Below are positions 25,917 through 35,662 of a stretch of 64,000 nt of DNA, in pieces (position 1 is the stretch's first letter; every line of letters starts with the position of its first letter). This DNA comes from an uncultured Candidatus Binatia bacterium (GTDB taxonomy: Bacteria > Desulfobacterota > Binatia > UBA9968 > JAJDTQ01). Made by a program: the position numbers and the translations under genes. Location of the stretch: positions 395,776-459,775 of the forward strand of contig OZ244617.1 of the NCBI GenBank assembly GCA_965218305.1, written 5' to 3'. Under the pieces are notes generated by a model. It was not told the origin of the DNA and did no database searches. It saw nothing but the letters and a program-made list of their open reading frames with translations.

Positions 25917-27755
25917 TCAGTCCTTGTTCCCCAGCTTGCGGTCGAGGTTGAAGGCCGCGCTGATGAGCCCCAGGTGGGTGAACGCCTGGGGGAAGTTGCC
26001 CAGGGACTCGCCACGGGGGCCGGTTTCCTCGGAATAGAGCCCCAGGTGGTTGGCGTAGCTGAGCATCTTCTCGAAGATGAAGCGGGCGTTGCCGAGCCGG
26101 CCGGCCCGGGTCAGGGCCTCCACCAGCCAGAAGGTGCACATGCTGAAGGTGCCTTCCTCCCCGGCGACCCCGTCGGCCGTCCGGGCCACATCGTAGCGGT
26201 AGACCAGGCTGTCCGACACCAGCCCGCCCTCGTGTGGCGGGCAGTTGATGGCCTCCAGGGTGGAGAGCATCTTGGGGTCGGTGGGGGACACGAAGAACAC
26301 CAGCGGCATGAGCAGGTTGCTGGCGTCCAGCGTGTCGCTGCCGAAGGCCTGCACGAAGGCGTTCCGTTCCCGGTTGAACCCCTCGGCCATGATCTGCTGG
26401 TAGATGGCGTCCCGGTTCTTGAGCCAGCGCTCGCGGTTGGCCGGGAAGGAGCGCTTCTCCGCCAGGCGCACGCCCCGGTCCAGGGCGACCCAGCACATGA
26501 GCTTGGAGTAGACGAAGTGCTGACGCCCGCCCCGGACCTCCCAGATGCCTTCGTCCGGCTGGTCCCAGTGGTCGCAGACCCACTCCATCAGGCGCGAAAG
26601 GTTGGTCCACAGCTCCGAGTCGATGGGAGTGCCGTACTTGTTGAAGAGGTAGACCGAGTCCATCATCTCGCCGTAGATGTCGAGCTGGATCTGGTCGGCG
26701 GCGGCGTTGCCGATGCGCACGGGAGCGGACTTCCGATAGCCCTCCCAGTGGTCGAGGGTGGACTCGGGGATGTTCTTCTCGCCGCGGATGCCGTACATGA
26801 TCTGCAGCGAACCATCGGGTTTCAGGTCGCCGCAGCGCTCCTTGAGCCAGTCCATGAACCGGCCGGCCTCGTAGGTGAAGCCCAGCCGCATGAGGCCGTA
26901 CAGGCTGAAGCTGGCATCGCGGATCCAGGTGTAGCGGTAGTCCCAGTTGCGCCCTCCGCCGATGTTTTCCGGCAGGCTGCAGGTGGGCGCCGCCACGATG
27001 GCCCCGGTGGGCTCGTAGCACAGGAGCTTCAGCATCAGCGCCGAGCGGTCTACGCGCTCGCGCCAGCGGCCGCTGTAGCGGGACTGCCGGAGCCACTGAT
27101 GCCAGTACCGTTCGGTGTCCTCCAGCAGTTCGAGACAGCCCTCCACCTCCGGACAGTCGCAGTCGATGCCGCGGTCGTCCACGCCCTGGAACACCGCCGC
27201 CAGCACGCTGTTCTCCCGCAGGGTGCCGCTGGCGACCACGCCGCCGTTGCCGTCCGGGCGTACGGACACGACGTTCCGGTGGCCGCTCTGGGACACCTTC
27301 AGCATGCAGCCGAGCCCGTCGCTCTGGAACACCGCCCGGTTGTCGCGGACCTCCACGGTGTGGTCCGCGCGCCCGTAGTCGAACGCCGGGGTGCATTGGA
27401 GCTTGAGGGACATGGTGCCGCGCACCACCTTGGCGATGCGGATGAGGCGCCCGTGGTAGCCCTCGTCCGCGGGGCCCGGCGGCATGAAGTCCATTACCTC
27501 GCTGACGCCTTCCTCGGTCATGAAGCGCGTGATCAGGATGTTGGTGTCAGGCAGGTACAACTGCCGGCAGGTGACGTTGTCCACGTCCGGCCCGATCACG
27601 AAGCGTCCGCCCTTCGCGTCGTCGAGCACGGCGGCGAAGACGCTGGGAGAGTCGAAGCGCGGATAACAGAACCAGTCGATGGAGCCGTTGTTGCCCACCA
27701 GGGCGACGGTGTGAAGGTCGCCGATGACGCCGTAGTTCTCAATGGGAGCGTACAT
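25917..27755 (-). CDS. Glycoside hydrolase family 15 (glucoamylase / trehalase-like)
   Basis: 612 aa. [45 protein letters not shown] is the characteristic GH15 N-terminus. Confidence 0.8.
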   Translation of the reverse strand: MYAPIENYGVIGDLHTVALVGNNGSIDWFCYPRFDSPSVFAAVLDDAKGGRFVIGPDVDNVTCRQLYLPDTNILITRFMTEEGVSEVMDFMPPGPADEGYHGRLIRIAKVVRGTMSLKLQCTPAFDYGRADHTVEVRDNRAVFQSDGLGCMLKVSQSGHRNVVSVRPDGNGGVVASGTLRENSVLAAVFQGVDDRGIDCDCPEVEGCLELLEDTERYWHQWLRQSRYSGRWRERVDRSALMLKLLCYEPTGAIVAAPTCSLPENIGGGRNWDYRYTWIRDASFSLYGLMRLGFTYEAGRFMDWLKERCGDLKPDGSLQIMYGIRGEKNIPESTLDHWEGYRKSAPVRIGNAAADQIQLDIYGEMMDSVYLFNKYGTPIDSELWTNLSRLMEWVCDHWDQPDEGIWEVRGGRQHFVYSKLMCWVALDRGVRLAEKRSFPANRERWLKNRDAIYQQIMAEGFNRERNAFVQAFGSDTLDASNLLMPLVFFVSPTDPKMLSTLEAINCPPHEGGLVSDSLVYRYDVARTADGVAGEEGTFSMCTFWLVEALTRAGRLGNARFIFEKMLSYANHLGLYSEETGPRGESLGNFPQAFTHLGLISAAFNLDRKLGNKD

Positions 27756-27980
27756 TTCGCGGACACTCTATCGTATCCTGACCGTCAATTCTATCGGACC
27801 CGGGCCCCGCCCGTGTCCGGTCGGGACGGTTCGTGTGCTAAGATTCATTTGAGTAGAAGACGGAGTCGAGAACGGCAGATCCGGCACAAAGGACCTGTTG
27901 GCCCGTGCCATACAAAGCGCTGCCGATCGGTCAGTCTTTGCGTGCCACCGGGGAAGAGCACTTTATCCAGGGAGGTTCGT

Positions 27981-29000
27981 ATGCAGTTGGGCATAATCGG
28001 TTTGGGAAGGATGGGCGGCAACATGGCGAGGCGGCTGATCAAGGCCGGGCACGAGGTGGTGGTGTTCGACATGCATGCCGACGCGGTCCAGGGCCTCGCC
28101 GGGGAGGGCGCCGTGGGGAGCGCTTCGCTGGCGGAGATGGTGGCGAAGCTCGAGAAACCCCGGGCGGTGTGGATGATGGTGCCCGCGGCCGTGGTGGATC
28201 AGACCATCGGCGCCTTTGTGGAGCACCTTGAGGAGGGCGACATTCTCATCGATGGCGGCAACTCCAACTACATCGACGACATCCGGCGGGCTCGTGAGCT
28301 TGAGCCCAGGGGCATCCACTACGTGGACGTGGGCACCAGCGGCGGGGTCTGGGGTCTGGATCGGGGCTACTGCCAGATGATCGGCGGCGAGCCGGGTGTG
28401 GTCAAGCATCTCGACCCGATCTTCGCCACCCTGGCTCCCAGCATCGACACGGCGCCGCCCACGCCGGGCCGGCAGCCGGGCAAGGGCACCGCGGAGCACG
28501 GCTACCTGCACTGCGGTCCCAACGGCGCCGGCCATTTCGTCAAGATGGTCCACAACGGCATCGAATACGGCCTCATGGCGGCCTACGCCGAGGGTTTCAA
28601 CATCCTCAAGCACGCCAACGTCGGCAAGCAGGGACGGGCGGCCAGCGCGGAACAGACGCCGCTACGAGACCCCGAGCACTACCAGTACGACTTCGATCTG
28701 GGGGAGGTGGCGGAGTTGTGGCGGCGCGGCAGCGTGGTCACCTCCTGGCTGCTGGACCTCACCGCCAACGCCCTGCTGGAAGACTCGGAGCTCGGGGGGT
28801 TCGCCGGCCGGGTGTCCGATTCCGGAGAAGGCCGCTGGACCATCCATGCCGCCGTGGACGAGGCGGTGCCCGCGCACGTGCTAACCGCGGCCCTGTTCGA
28901 GCGGTTCAGTTCCCGTGGGGAAGCGGACTTCGCCGACAAGCTGCTGTCAGCTATGCGCTTCCAGTTCGGCGGTCACGAGGAGCTGCCCGACAAGGATTGA
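27981..29000 (+). CDS. gnd: 6-phosphogluconate dehydrogenase (decarboxylating), short NAD-type
   Basis: MQLGIIGLGRMGGNMARRL... 340 aa. ATG at 27981 after GGGAGG. The track ORF 25833..29000 fuses antisense noncoding frame to this gene. Confidence 0.8.
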   Translation: MQLGIIGLGRMGGNMARRLIKAGHEVVVFDMHADAVQGLAGEGAVGSASLAEMVAKLEKPRAVWMMVPAAVVDQTIGAFVEHLEEGDILIDGGNSNYIDDIRRARELEPRGIHYVDVGTSGGVWGLDRGYCQMIGGEPGVVKHLDPIFATLAPSIDTAPPTPGRQPGKGTAEHGYLHCGPNGAGHFVKMVHNGIEYGLMAAYAEGFNILKHANVGKQGRAASAEQTPLRDPEHYQYDFDLGEVAELWRRGSVVTSWLLDLTANALLEDSELGGFAGRVSDSGEGRWTIHAAVDEAVPAHVLTAALFERFSSRGEADFADKLLSAMRFQFGGHEELPDKD

Positions 29001-29055
29001 TGTCCTGCCTCATGAATCACCTTGTGAGGCAGGACACCAGGCGGCGGACCCTCCC

Positions 29056-29805
29056 ATGAACATCGAAGTGCTTCCCGATGCGGATGCGGTGGCCCGGCGG
29101 GCCGCGGGGTTCATCGCCGATGCCGCGCGCACGGCGGTGAGCGCCCGTGGGCGGTTCGTCTTGGCCGTAAGCGGCGGCCGCACTCCCTGGATCATGCTGC
29201 GCGCCTTGGCACGGGAGGATGTTCCCTGGCGGGCGGTGGACATCGTGCAGGTGGACGAGCGGGCGGCCCCGGAAGGGCACCCGGACCGGAACCTCACGCA
29301 TTTGCGGGAGAGTCTGCTGGAACAGGCGCCGCTCGAGCCCCGGCAGATCCACGCCATGCCGGTGGAGGCGGAGGATCTTCAGGCCGCCGCCCGGGAATAC
29401 GCCGGCACCCTCCATCGCTTGACCGGGCCGGACGGCCGGCTGGATCTCGTTCACCTCGGCCTGGGGCCCGACGGTCACACCGCTTCCCTGATCCCGGAAT
29501 CCCCGGCGCTGGAAGTCCGCGACGCGCAGGTAGCCGTCACCGACGTCTACCAGGGACGGCGACGCATGACCCTCACCTTTCCGGCGCTCGACAACGCGCG
29601 GCAGGTTCTCTGGGTGGTCACCGGCGACGACAAGCGGGAGATGCTGTTGCGGCTGCGCGACGGCGATGCTGCTATTCCGGCGGGCCGGGTGGCGTCCCGT
29701 GACGCGGTGGTGATGGCTGACCGCGCGGCGGCGGCCCTGTTGGCCCGGGATGACGGCACTGCCAAGCCCGGGATGACGGGAGCCGTCAAGCCCGGGATGC
29801 CGTGA
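29056..29805 (+). CDS. pgl: 6-phosphogluconolactonase
   Basis: MNIEVLPDADAVARRAAGFIADAA...RFVLAVSGGRTP. The last about 15 codons (AKPGMTGAVKPGMP) are encoded by family-1 repeat units (29762-29806). Confidence 0.75.
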   Translation: MNIEVLPDADAVARRAAGFIADAARTAVSARGRFVLAVSGGRTPWIMLRALAREDVPWRAVDIVQVDERAAPEGHPDRNLTHLRESLLEQAPLEPRQIHAMPVEAEDLQAAAREYAGTLHRLTGPDGRLDLVHLGLGPDGHTASLIPESPALEVRDAQVAVTDVYQGRRRMTLTFPALDNARQVLWVVTGDDKREMLLRLRDGDAAIPAGRVASRDAVVMADRAAAALLARDDGTAKPGMTGAVKPGMP

Positions 29806-31219
29806 CCTGTTCCTCGTCTGCTGACGCCTTCAGCGCCGCGATCATGTCCTCGGTGCGCGTGAGCTTGACCCGTGGGCGTCCGCTCTCCTTGCCGGCGGCG
29901 GTCTCGAGGTCGTCGAGACGGAGCCAGTCCTCGTAGGACACGTAGTCGGGCTGGCGCTCCCGCACCAGCCGCTCGACGGCGGCTACGTCGGCGCGGGCGG
30001 GGTCCATGATCGCGCCGGACTGCAGATCCTCCAGCATGCGGTCGACGGTTTCCGCGGCGTCGGGCTTGTTGGTGCCGATGACCCCGCTGGGTCCGCGTTT
30101 AATCCATCCGGAGGCATACAGGCCGACGACGGGCTGCTGACCCGCACCGGACAGCATCCGCCCTCGGTCGTTGGGGATCACGCCTCGGCGCTCGTCGAAG
30201 GGGATCTCGGGCAGGGCCACGCCGAGGTAGCCCACGGAGCGGAAGACGATGTCCGCGGGGATGGTCTGGTGCTCCTCGGTGGCGCGCGGCCGCAAGGCGC
30301 CGTTGTCGGCATAGAGCTCGTTCTTTGCCAGGCGGACGGTGCGCACCCTGCCCTGGGCCCCGCCGATGATTTCCGTCGGCGATAGCAGGAAGCGGATGCT
30401 GAGCCGACGTGACTTGCCGGTGGCCGGCCGGCCGGCGTAGCTCTGGAGGATCTCGATCTTCCGGATCAGGGCCTTGTCCGGGTGCGCATCGACATACGAC
30501 TGACTGAGCGCATCGAGCCGGGCTTCTTCGGGAAGCACCTCCACGTCGGCGTCGGCGAGTTCCCCCATCTCCTTGATCTCGGGGTTGGTGAAAGCGGCCT
30601 GGGCCGGGCCCCGGCGCCCGATGAGGTGGACGTTCCGTATCCTGCTTTGGCGCAACGCCTCCAGGGCGTAGTCCGCGATGTCGGTGACGGCCAGCTCTTC
30701 GTAGCTCCGGCACAGGATGCGGGCCACGTCGATGGCGACGTTGCCCACGCCGATGACCGCGGCGGATTCCCCGGAGAGGTCGAATGTGCGGTCCCGGTAG
30801 TCCGGGTGCCCGTTGTACCACGCGACGAACTCGGTGGCCGCGTGGCTGCCCACGAGGTCCTCTCCGGGAATACCGAGACTGCGATCGGTCTGGGCGCCGG
30901 TGGTGAAGCAGACCTGGTGGTAGTGGGCCTCGAGATCGCGCAGGTGGAGGTCCCGGCCGTAGCGCACGTTGCCATAGAAGCGGAAGTTGGGTTGCCGGGC
31001 GGCCCGGTCATAGACCCGCACTACGGACTTGATTTTCTGATGGTCCGGAGCGACGCCTCCGCGCACCAACCCGAACGGAGTCGCCAGCTCGTCGAACATG
31101 TCGATCTCGACGTGCAACCCCTGCCCGCGAAACAAACGCTCGACCACGTAGAAGCCCGCCGGCCCCGACCCTATGATGGCCACTCGAAGAGGATTGTCGT
31201 CGGTTCCCGGGTTGAACAT
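29786..31219 (-). CDS. FprA-type NADPH:ferredoxin (adrenodoxin-like) reductase
   Basis: 477 aa. RVAIIGSGPAGFY FAD-binding motif and second nucleotide-binding motif AAVIGVGNVAIDVARIL. Convergent 20-nt overlap with pgl. Confidence 0.8.
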   Translation of the reverse strand: MFNPGTDDNPLRVAIIGSGPAGFYVVERLFRGQGLHVEIDMFDELATPFGLVRGGVAPDHQKIKSVVRVYDRAARQPNFRFYGNVRYGRDLHLRDLEAHYHQVCFTTGAQTDRSLGIPGEDLVGSHAATEFVAWYNGHPDYRDRTFDLSGESAAVIGVGNVAIDVARILCRSYEELAVTDIADYALEALRQSRIRNVHLIGRRGPAQAAFTNPEIKEMGELADADVEVLPEEARLDALSQSYVDAHPDKALIRKIEILQSYAGRPATGKSRRLSIRFLLSPTEIIGGAQGRVRTVRLAKNELYADNGALRPRATEEHQTIPADIVFRSVGYLGVALPEIPFDERRGVIPNDRGRMLSGAGQQPVVGLYASGWIKRGPSGVIGTNKPDAAETVDRMLEDLQSGAIMDPARADVAAVERLVRERQPDYVSYEDWLRLDDLETAAGKESGRPRVKLTRTEDMIAALKASADEEQVTASRA

Positions 31220-31562
31220 GGAAGTCTCTCGATGTCCCTGGCGCCATGAGGGGCAGCGGCCCCGTCGAAGCTAACCCCTTCCTCTATTCTACGGCATTCG
31301 CCGGGCGGTTGCCAGTTTTTCTCAAAAGCCTTGCCGAAAGCCCTTCGGAAGCGGCCTGTCTTGATGGTGGGTGGTTTTCATGTTACTGGTTTCATTCAAC
31401 TTTGGCGGGTTTACACCCGCCGAAGGCCCAACCCGTTCGGATGCGCATCAGGATGGGTACGGGCCACCAACGAGAGCCTCCGGAAACTCCGTCCATGTTC
31501 GGCCGTTCGGTACAGGGCGTCAGGGAATCGCCCGGCGCGAGCGGCGATTGGAGAGCGCGTTC

Positions 31563-32228
31563 ATGCGGATCATCGTATTGGGTCCTCCTGGAGCAGGTAA
31601 GGGAACGCAGGCCGGTTCCATCGCCAACGCCTTCGGCATACCCCAGATATCCACCGGCGACATGCTGCGCGCGGCGGTCCAGGAAGGAACGGCGTTGGGG
31701 CTGCGCGTCAAGGCCGTGATGGAAGCGGGCCGGCTCGTATCCGACGACATCATCGTGGGGCTCATCAAAGAGCGCATACAAGATTCCGATTGCCACGATG
31801 GTTTTCTCTTCGACGGCTTCCCGCGGACGCTGGCCCAGGCGGAAGCGCTACGGGACAACGACATCCCGGTTACCCATGTGGTGGAGATCGACGTGCCTCC
31901 CGAAGAGGTGATCGTGCGGCTCAGCGGCCGGCGCGTGCATCCGGCGTCGGGGCGCAGCTATCACGTGGTGTTCAATCCGCCGAAAGCCGACGGCAAGGAC
32001 GACGTCACCGGCGAGGACCTCGTGCAGCGCGACGATGACCGCGAGGATACGGTGCGCCGGCGGCTGGAGGTCTACAGCGAGCAGACCGCCCCGCTGGTGG
32101 ACTACTACACCCGGTGGCAGGCCCGGGGCGACCCGGCGGCGCCGCGGTACATCAAGGTGACGGGTGTGGGCCGGGTCGATGACGTCCGGGACGCGCTCCT
32201 GGCGAAGCTGAACGAGGAGGCGTCGTGA
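31563..32228 (+). CDS. adk: Adenylate kinase
   Basis: [18 protein letters not shown]-loop. Internal ATG at 31563 (track ORF starts 31371). Confidence 0.85.
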   Translation: MRIIVLGPPGAGKGTQAGSIANAFGIPQISTGDMLRAAVQEGTALGLRVKAVMEAGRLVSDDIIVGLIKERIQDSDCHDGFLFDGFPRTLAQAEALRDNDIPVTHVVEIDVPPEEVIVRLSGRRVHPASGRSYHVVFNPPKADGKDDVTGEDLVQRDDDREDTVRRRLEVYSEQTAPLVDYYTRWQARGDPAAPRYIKVTGVGRVDDVRDALLAKLNEEAS

Positions 32229-32977
32229 GCCCTCATCCTCGCGTGACCACGGACGACTTCGACGCCGTGCTGTTCGATCTCGACGGCGTGCTGACCTCGA
32301 CCGCCCGGGTCCACTCCGTGTGCTGGAAGAAGATGTTCGACGCGTTTCTGGAGCAGCACGCGACGGACACCGGCGGGTCCTTCGTGCCCTTCGACATGGA
32401 CGGCGACTACAAACGCTACGTGGACGGCAAGCCCCGTTACGACGGGGTCCGGAGTTTCCTGGAGTCCAGGGGGATCGAGCTGCCCTACGGCGACCCCGGC
32501 GACCCTCCGGGTGCGCTGAGCGCGTGCGGCCTGGGCAACCGCAAGGACCGGCTGTTCAACGAGGTGCTGGAGGTGGAGGGGGTGGAGGCGTATGAAGGAA
32601 CCATCCGCTGGGCCAGAGACCTCCGCGGCCGCGGTGTCAAGACCGCCGTGGTGTCTTCCAGCAAGAACTGCAAGACCATCATGGAAGCCGCGGCAATCGA
32701 GGGCCTGTTCGACGCGCGGATGGACGGAGAGATCGCCCAGCGGCTCAAGATCCCCGGAAAGCCCGCGCCGGACACCTACCTCAAGGCCGCTGAAGAACTC
32801 GGCGTGCGCCCCGAGAGAGCCGTGGTGGTGGAGGATGCCCTTTCCGGCGTTCAGGCCGGTCGCCGGGGCGGCTTCGGCCTGGTGATCGGCGTGGACCGGC
32901 ATGGCGACGCCGAAGCCCTTCGCGAGAACGGCGCCGACATCGTGGTGGCGGATCTCGCCGAGATGCTGGACGAATAG
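32225..32977 (+). CDS. HAD-superfamily hydrolase, beta-phosphoglucomutase-like (HAD-IA)
   Basis: [17 protein letters not shown] motif I. 250 aa. Overlaps the adk stop. Confidence 0.75.
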   Translation: MSPHPRVTTDDFDAVLFDLDGVLTSTARVHSVCWKKMFDAFLEQHATDTGGSFVPFDMDGDYKRYVDGKPRYDGVRSFLESRGIELPYGDPGDPPGALSACGLGNRKDRLFNEVLEVEGVEAYEGTIRWARDLRGRGVKTAVVSSSKNCKTIMEAAAIEGLFDARMDGEIAQRLKIPGKPAPDTYLKAAEELGVRPERAVVVEDALSGVQAGRRGGFGLVIGVDRHGDAEALRENGADIVVADLAEMLDE

Positions 32978-33116
32978 CGGCACGGTGGGAGTCCTCGTCC
33001 TTCGACTCCGCTCCGCTACACTCATCCGGCGTCCGGAAAAAACCTTTCATAGCAGGCGCGGATGCGCTCCCGGCGTTTCTCGTAGTCCCGGAGCAACGCC
33101 GCACCCGGAGCCTTGC

Positions 33117-33341
33117 GGCCCCTTTGCTCAGGATATCGCCGAGGTAGGCGCTACCGCCGAGGATCTGGAGCAGGATTCGCAAATCCGCCGGCGCCAGGCT
33201 TTCCAGGGGCCCGCGGCCTCCGGATTCCACGAGGCGGCCGAGCTGCACCAAGGCGGTGTCCGGAGACGATGCCGATTGGGCCAGGCGTTTCAGCCGCCGC
33301 CGTTCGGAGGGTGAGAAACCTGTCAGGTTGGGCCCGCTCAT
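33117..33341 (-). pseudogene. glnE: N-terminal fragment resembling glutamine-synthetase adenylyltransferase GlnE (about 75 codons only)
   Basis: ALVQLGRLVESGG...LRILLQILGGSAYLGDIL resembles the conserved GlnE N-terminal block (RL.E..d...L..LLgvlGsS.aLgD.L). The frame then runs into the convergent HAD gene, so no full-length gene is possible. Confidence 0.3.
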
Positions 33342-33407
33342 GGAGTTTTTGCCCGCGGAGACGGGATTTCCATGGTAGAGGACTGTGGGTAGAGGACACC
33401 ATGGTAA

Positions 33408-33435
33408 TTGACTCGGTATCGCCGAAGATTATAGA
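33408..33435 (+). promoter_or_regulatory. sigma70-like promoter for hpf
   Basis: TTGACT (33408-33413), 16-nt spacer, TATAGA (33430-33435). [12 protein letters not shown] ahead of the ATG at 33462. Confidence 0.35.
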
Positions 33436-33461
33436 AAGAAAGAAGATCACAAGGGGGGGCG

Positions 33462-33875
33462 ATGAAACTCGAACTGCAAGTGACCTTTCGCGACATGGAA
33501 CCCTCGCACGGTATCGAGCAGGCCATTCACGAGAAGGCGGCCAAGCTCGATCAGTTCTATGACCGCATCATGGGCTGCCGGGTGGTGGTGGCCGCGCCGC
33601 ACCGTCACCACCACAAGGGCAGGCTCTACAATGTCCGCATCGACTTGACGGTGCCTGGTGGCGAGCTGGTGGTGAACCGTGACAACAGCCACGCCGCGGC
33701 GCACCATGACATCCACGTGGCGATCCGGGACGCGTTCGATGCCGCGAGGCGGCAGGTACAGGATTTTGCGCGCCGGCGGCGGGGTGAGGTGAAAGCGCAC
33801 TCGGTGGAGACGCCGGCGCCGGTCACCGAGCAGGACGTTAGTCCTGAAGATTCAGTCCCACCACCGCGGTCCTGA
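33462..33875 (+). CDS. hpf: Ribosome hibernation promoting factor / RaiA (sigma-54 modulation protein family)
   Basis: [43 protein letters not shown]... the typical short HPF. Confidence 0.8.
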   Translation: MKLELQVTFRDMEPSHGIEQAIHEKAAKLDQFYDRIMGCRVVVAAPHRHHHKGRLYNVRIDLTVPGGELVVNRDNSHAAAHHDIHVAIRDAFDAARRQVQDFARRRRGEVKAHSVETPAPVTEQDVSPEDSVPPPRS

Positions 33876-35352
33876 GCTTTCTCAGCGCCCGTTGCTCGAT
33901 CTGGCGAATGCGTTCCCGCGTAAGCGAGAACCGCTCCCCGAGCTCCTCCAAGGTGTAATCGCGCACCTCTCCGATGCCGAAGCGGAACCGCAGCACGGCT
34001 TCCTCCCGCGGCGGCAGCGTGGCCAGAACCCTCTTGACCTTGTCGCGCAGGTTGGCGTGAATGGTCTGGTCCAGCGGCCTGGCGATGTGTTTGTCCTCGA
34101 CGAAGTCGCCCAGCCGGCTCTCTTCGTCGTCACCCATGGGCGTCTCCAGGGAGACCGGTTCCTTGACGATCCGCATCAGCCTGCGGATCTCGTCGGTGGT
34201 CAGACCCATCTCCGTCGCCACCTCATCGGGCTGCGGCTCTCTTCCCAACTTGCGGTGAAGCGACCGGTGTGCGCGGATGAGCTTGTTCCGGGTCTCGATC
34301 ATGTGGACCGGGATGCGGATGGTCGGGGCCGAGTCGATGATGCCGCGTGTGATGCTCTGCCGAATCCACCAGCCCGCGTAGGTCGAAAACCGGTAGCCCA
34401 GCCGATAGTCGAACTTCTCAGCCGCCCGCATGAGTCCGACGTTGCCTTCCTGAATCAGGTCCAGGAATTGCAGACCCCGGTTGCCGTACTTCTTGGCCAG
34501 ACTCACCACCAGTCGGAGATTGGCCTCGATAAGCACTTTCTTCGCCGATGACGCCTTGTACTCGGCGGCGGCTATCGCCTCCACCTGACGCGCGATATCG
34601 GCTGCGGAAGATTCGAGGGCGCCCTCGACGGCCTGGATCTGCTCGGCGATCCGCTTGGCCGCATTGCCGCGCGTGTGAGTGCGGGCCTCCCCTTGCAGTT
34701 CGACGATGGCCCGGTGCGACTCCTTGAGGGTTTCGCCGACATCGTCGATCCAGTCCTTGGACAGGCGCAGTCCCTTCACCGTGTCGGTGATCCGCGTCTC
34801 CTTCTTGCCGAGGTCGGTTTCCAGTATTGCCCGGCGCTTCTGAGAGGTCTTTTTGCGAGCGATTTCCGCCTGCATGCGCTGCTGGTCCCGGACCAGGCCG
34901 CGCAGCACCGTGATACCCTTGAGAAACCGGCGGCGTTCGGTTGTCTCGTCGAAGCCTTCGCCGTCACCGTCCACCATCAGCACACGTTCCAGCCTGGTTT
35001 CGTTCCTCTTGATCTCCTCGGCGAGAGCGAGCACCCGACGCACGGTGTATGGCGAGGCAATGACGCTGGCGATGTACTCTTCCTGCCCCTGCTCCATTTG
35101 CATCCCGAGTTGTACCTCGCGTTCCCTCGTCAACAGGGGAGTGGAGCCGATGTCCCGCAGATAGAGCGACACCGGGTCGGTCTTCTCATCCACCCGGTCG
35201 TTGTCCACCGGAGCCTGGCTCTGCGGGGCCTCCTCCGAGAACGTTGCGGTCCGCTCTTCTTCCTCGACTTCCCCTATGGAGATGTCGTCAAGCTCGATTG
35301 AGTCTTCCATCGCATCCTCGGTATCTTCGATGTTCAAGGCTCTCTCCATCAT
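33838..35352 (-). CDS. rpoD: RNA polymerase primary sigma factor RpoD (sigma-70)
   Basis: Region 1.2 [24 protein letters not shown]. Region 2 [63 protein letters not shown]. The 3' end overlaps hpf by 38 nt (convergent). Confidence 0.85.
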   Translation of the reverse strand: MMERALNIEDTEDAMEDSIELDDISIGEVEEEERTATFSEEAPQSQAPVDNDRVDEKTDPVSLYLRDIGSTPLLTREREVQLGMQMEQGQEEYIASVIASPYTVRRVLALAEEIKRNETRLERVLMVDGDGEGFDETTERRRFLKGITVLRGLVRDQQRMQAEIARKKTSQKRRAILETDLGKKETRITDTVKGLRLSKDWIDDVGETLKESHRAIVELQGEARTHTRGNAAKRIAEQIQAVEGALESSAADIARQVEAIAAAEYKASSAKKVLIEANLRLVVSLAKKYGNRGLQFLDLIQEGNVGLMRAAEKFDYRLGYRFSTYAGWWIRQSITRGIIDSAPTIRIPVHMIETRNKLIRAHRSLHRKLGREPQPDEVATEMGLTTDEIRRLMRIVKEPVSLETPMGDDEESRLGDFVEDKHIARPLDQTIHANLRDKVKRVLATLPPREEAVLRFRFGIGEVRDYTLEELGERFSLTRERIRQIEQRALRKLRTAVVGLNLQD

Positions 35353-35608
35353 CGTTGGCTTCCACCATGATTCATCACGCCGCCGTTCGAAGGGGCATGT
35401 TCCCTTGAGCCGGCCGGCAATCCAACAATCCTGAAGTTAAAGGTGTCCGCAACCCTCGCGAGACCTCGATGCTCCGGTTTAATTGGCCGACCGGCGCGCT
35501 ATCAAAGGATCGGCGGTGCGGACACGAATCTGTAATTGAGCGTTGGGACAGTCCCTGCGGACCCAACAAGACTGAGCAGCGGTCCTTGAGGAAAATCAGC
35601 AACAACCT

Positions 35609-35637
35609 ACATTATCACCGAAAATAATCGTTGTCAA
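35609..35637 (-). promoter_or_regulatory. sigma70-like promoter upstream of rpoD (minus strand)
   Basis: Minus-strand reading: TTGACA (complement of 35632-35637), 17-nt spacer, TAATGT (complement of 35609-35614), in an AT-rich patch. Confidence 0.35.
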
Positions 35638-35662
35638 GCACCGGGTTAGCGACTTCCACGGT

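Noticed and set aside
25833-29000. 1055-aa plus-strand ORF
   Set aside because: It fuses antisense sequence of the GH15 gene to the genuine gnd gene. A GGGAGG-ATG start at 27981 with the MQLGIIGLGRMGG Rossmann motif marks the real start.
31220-31562. 340-nt AT-richer spacer between fprA and adk with a GGCGGGT-TTAC-ACCCGCC hairpin, considered as riboswitch or sRNA
   Set aside because: No recognisable riboswitch consensus, and adk is not a known riboswitch target. Most simply a divergent promoter region. Left unannotated.
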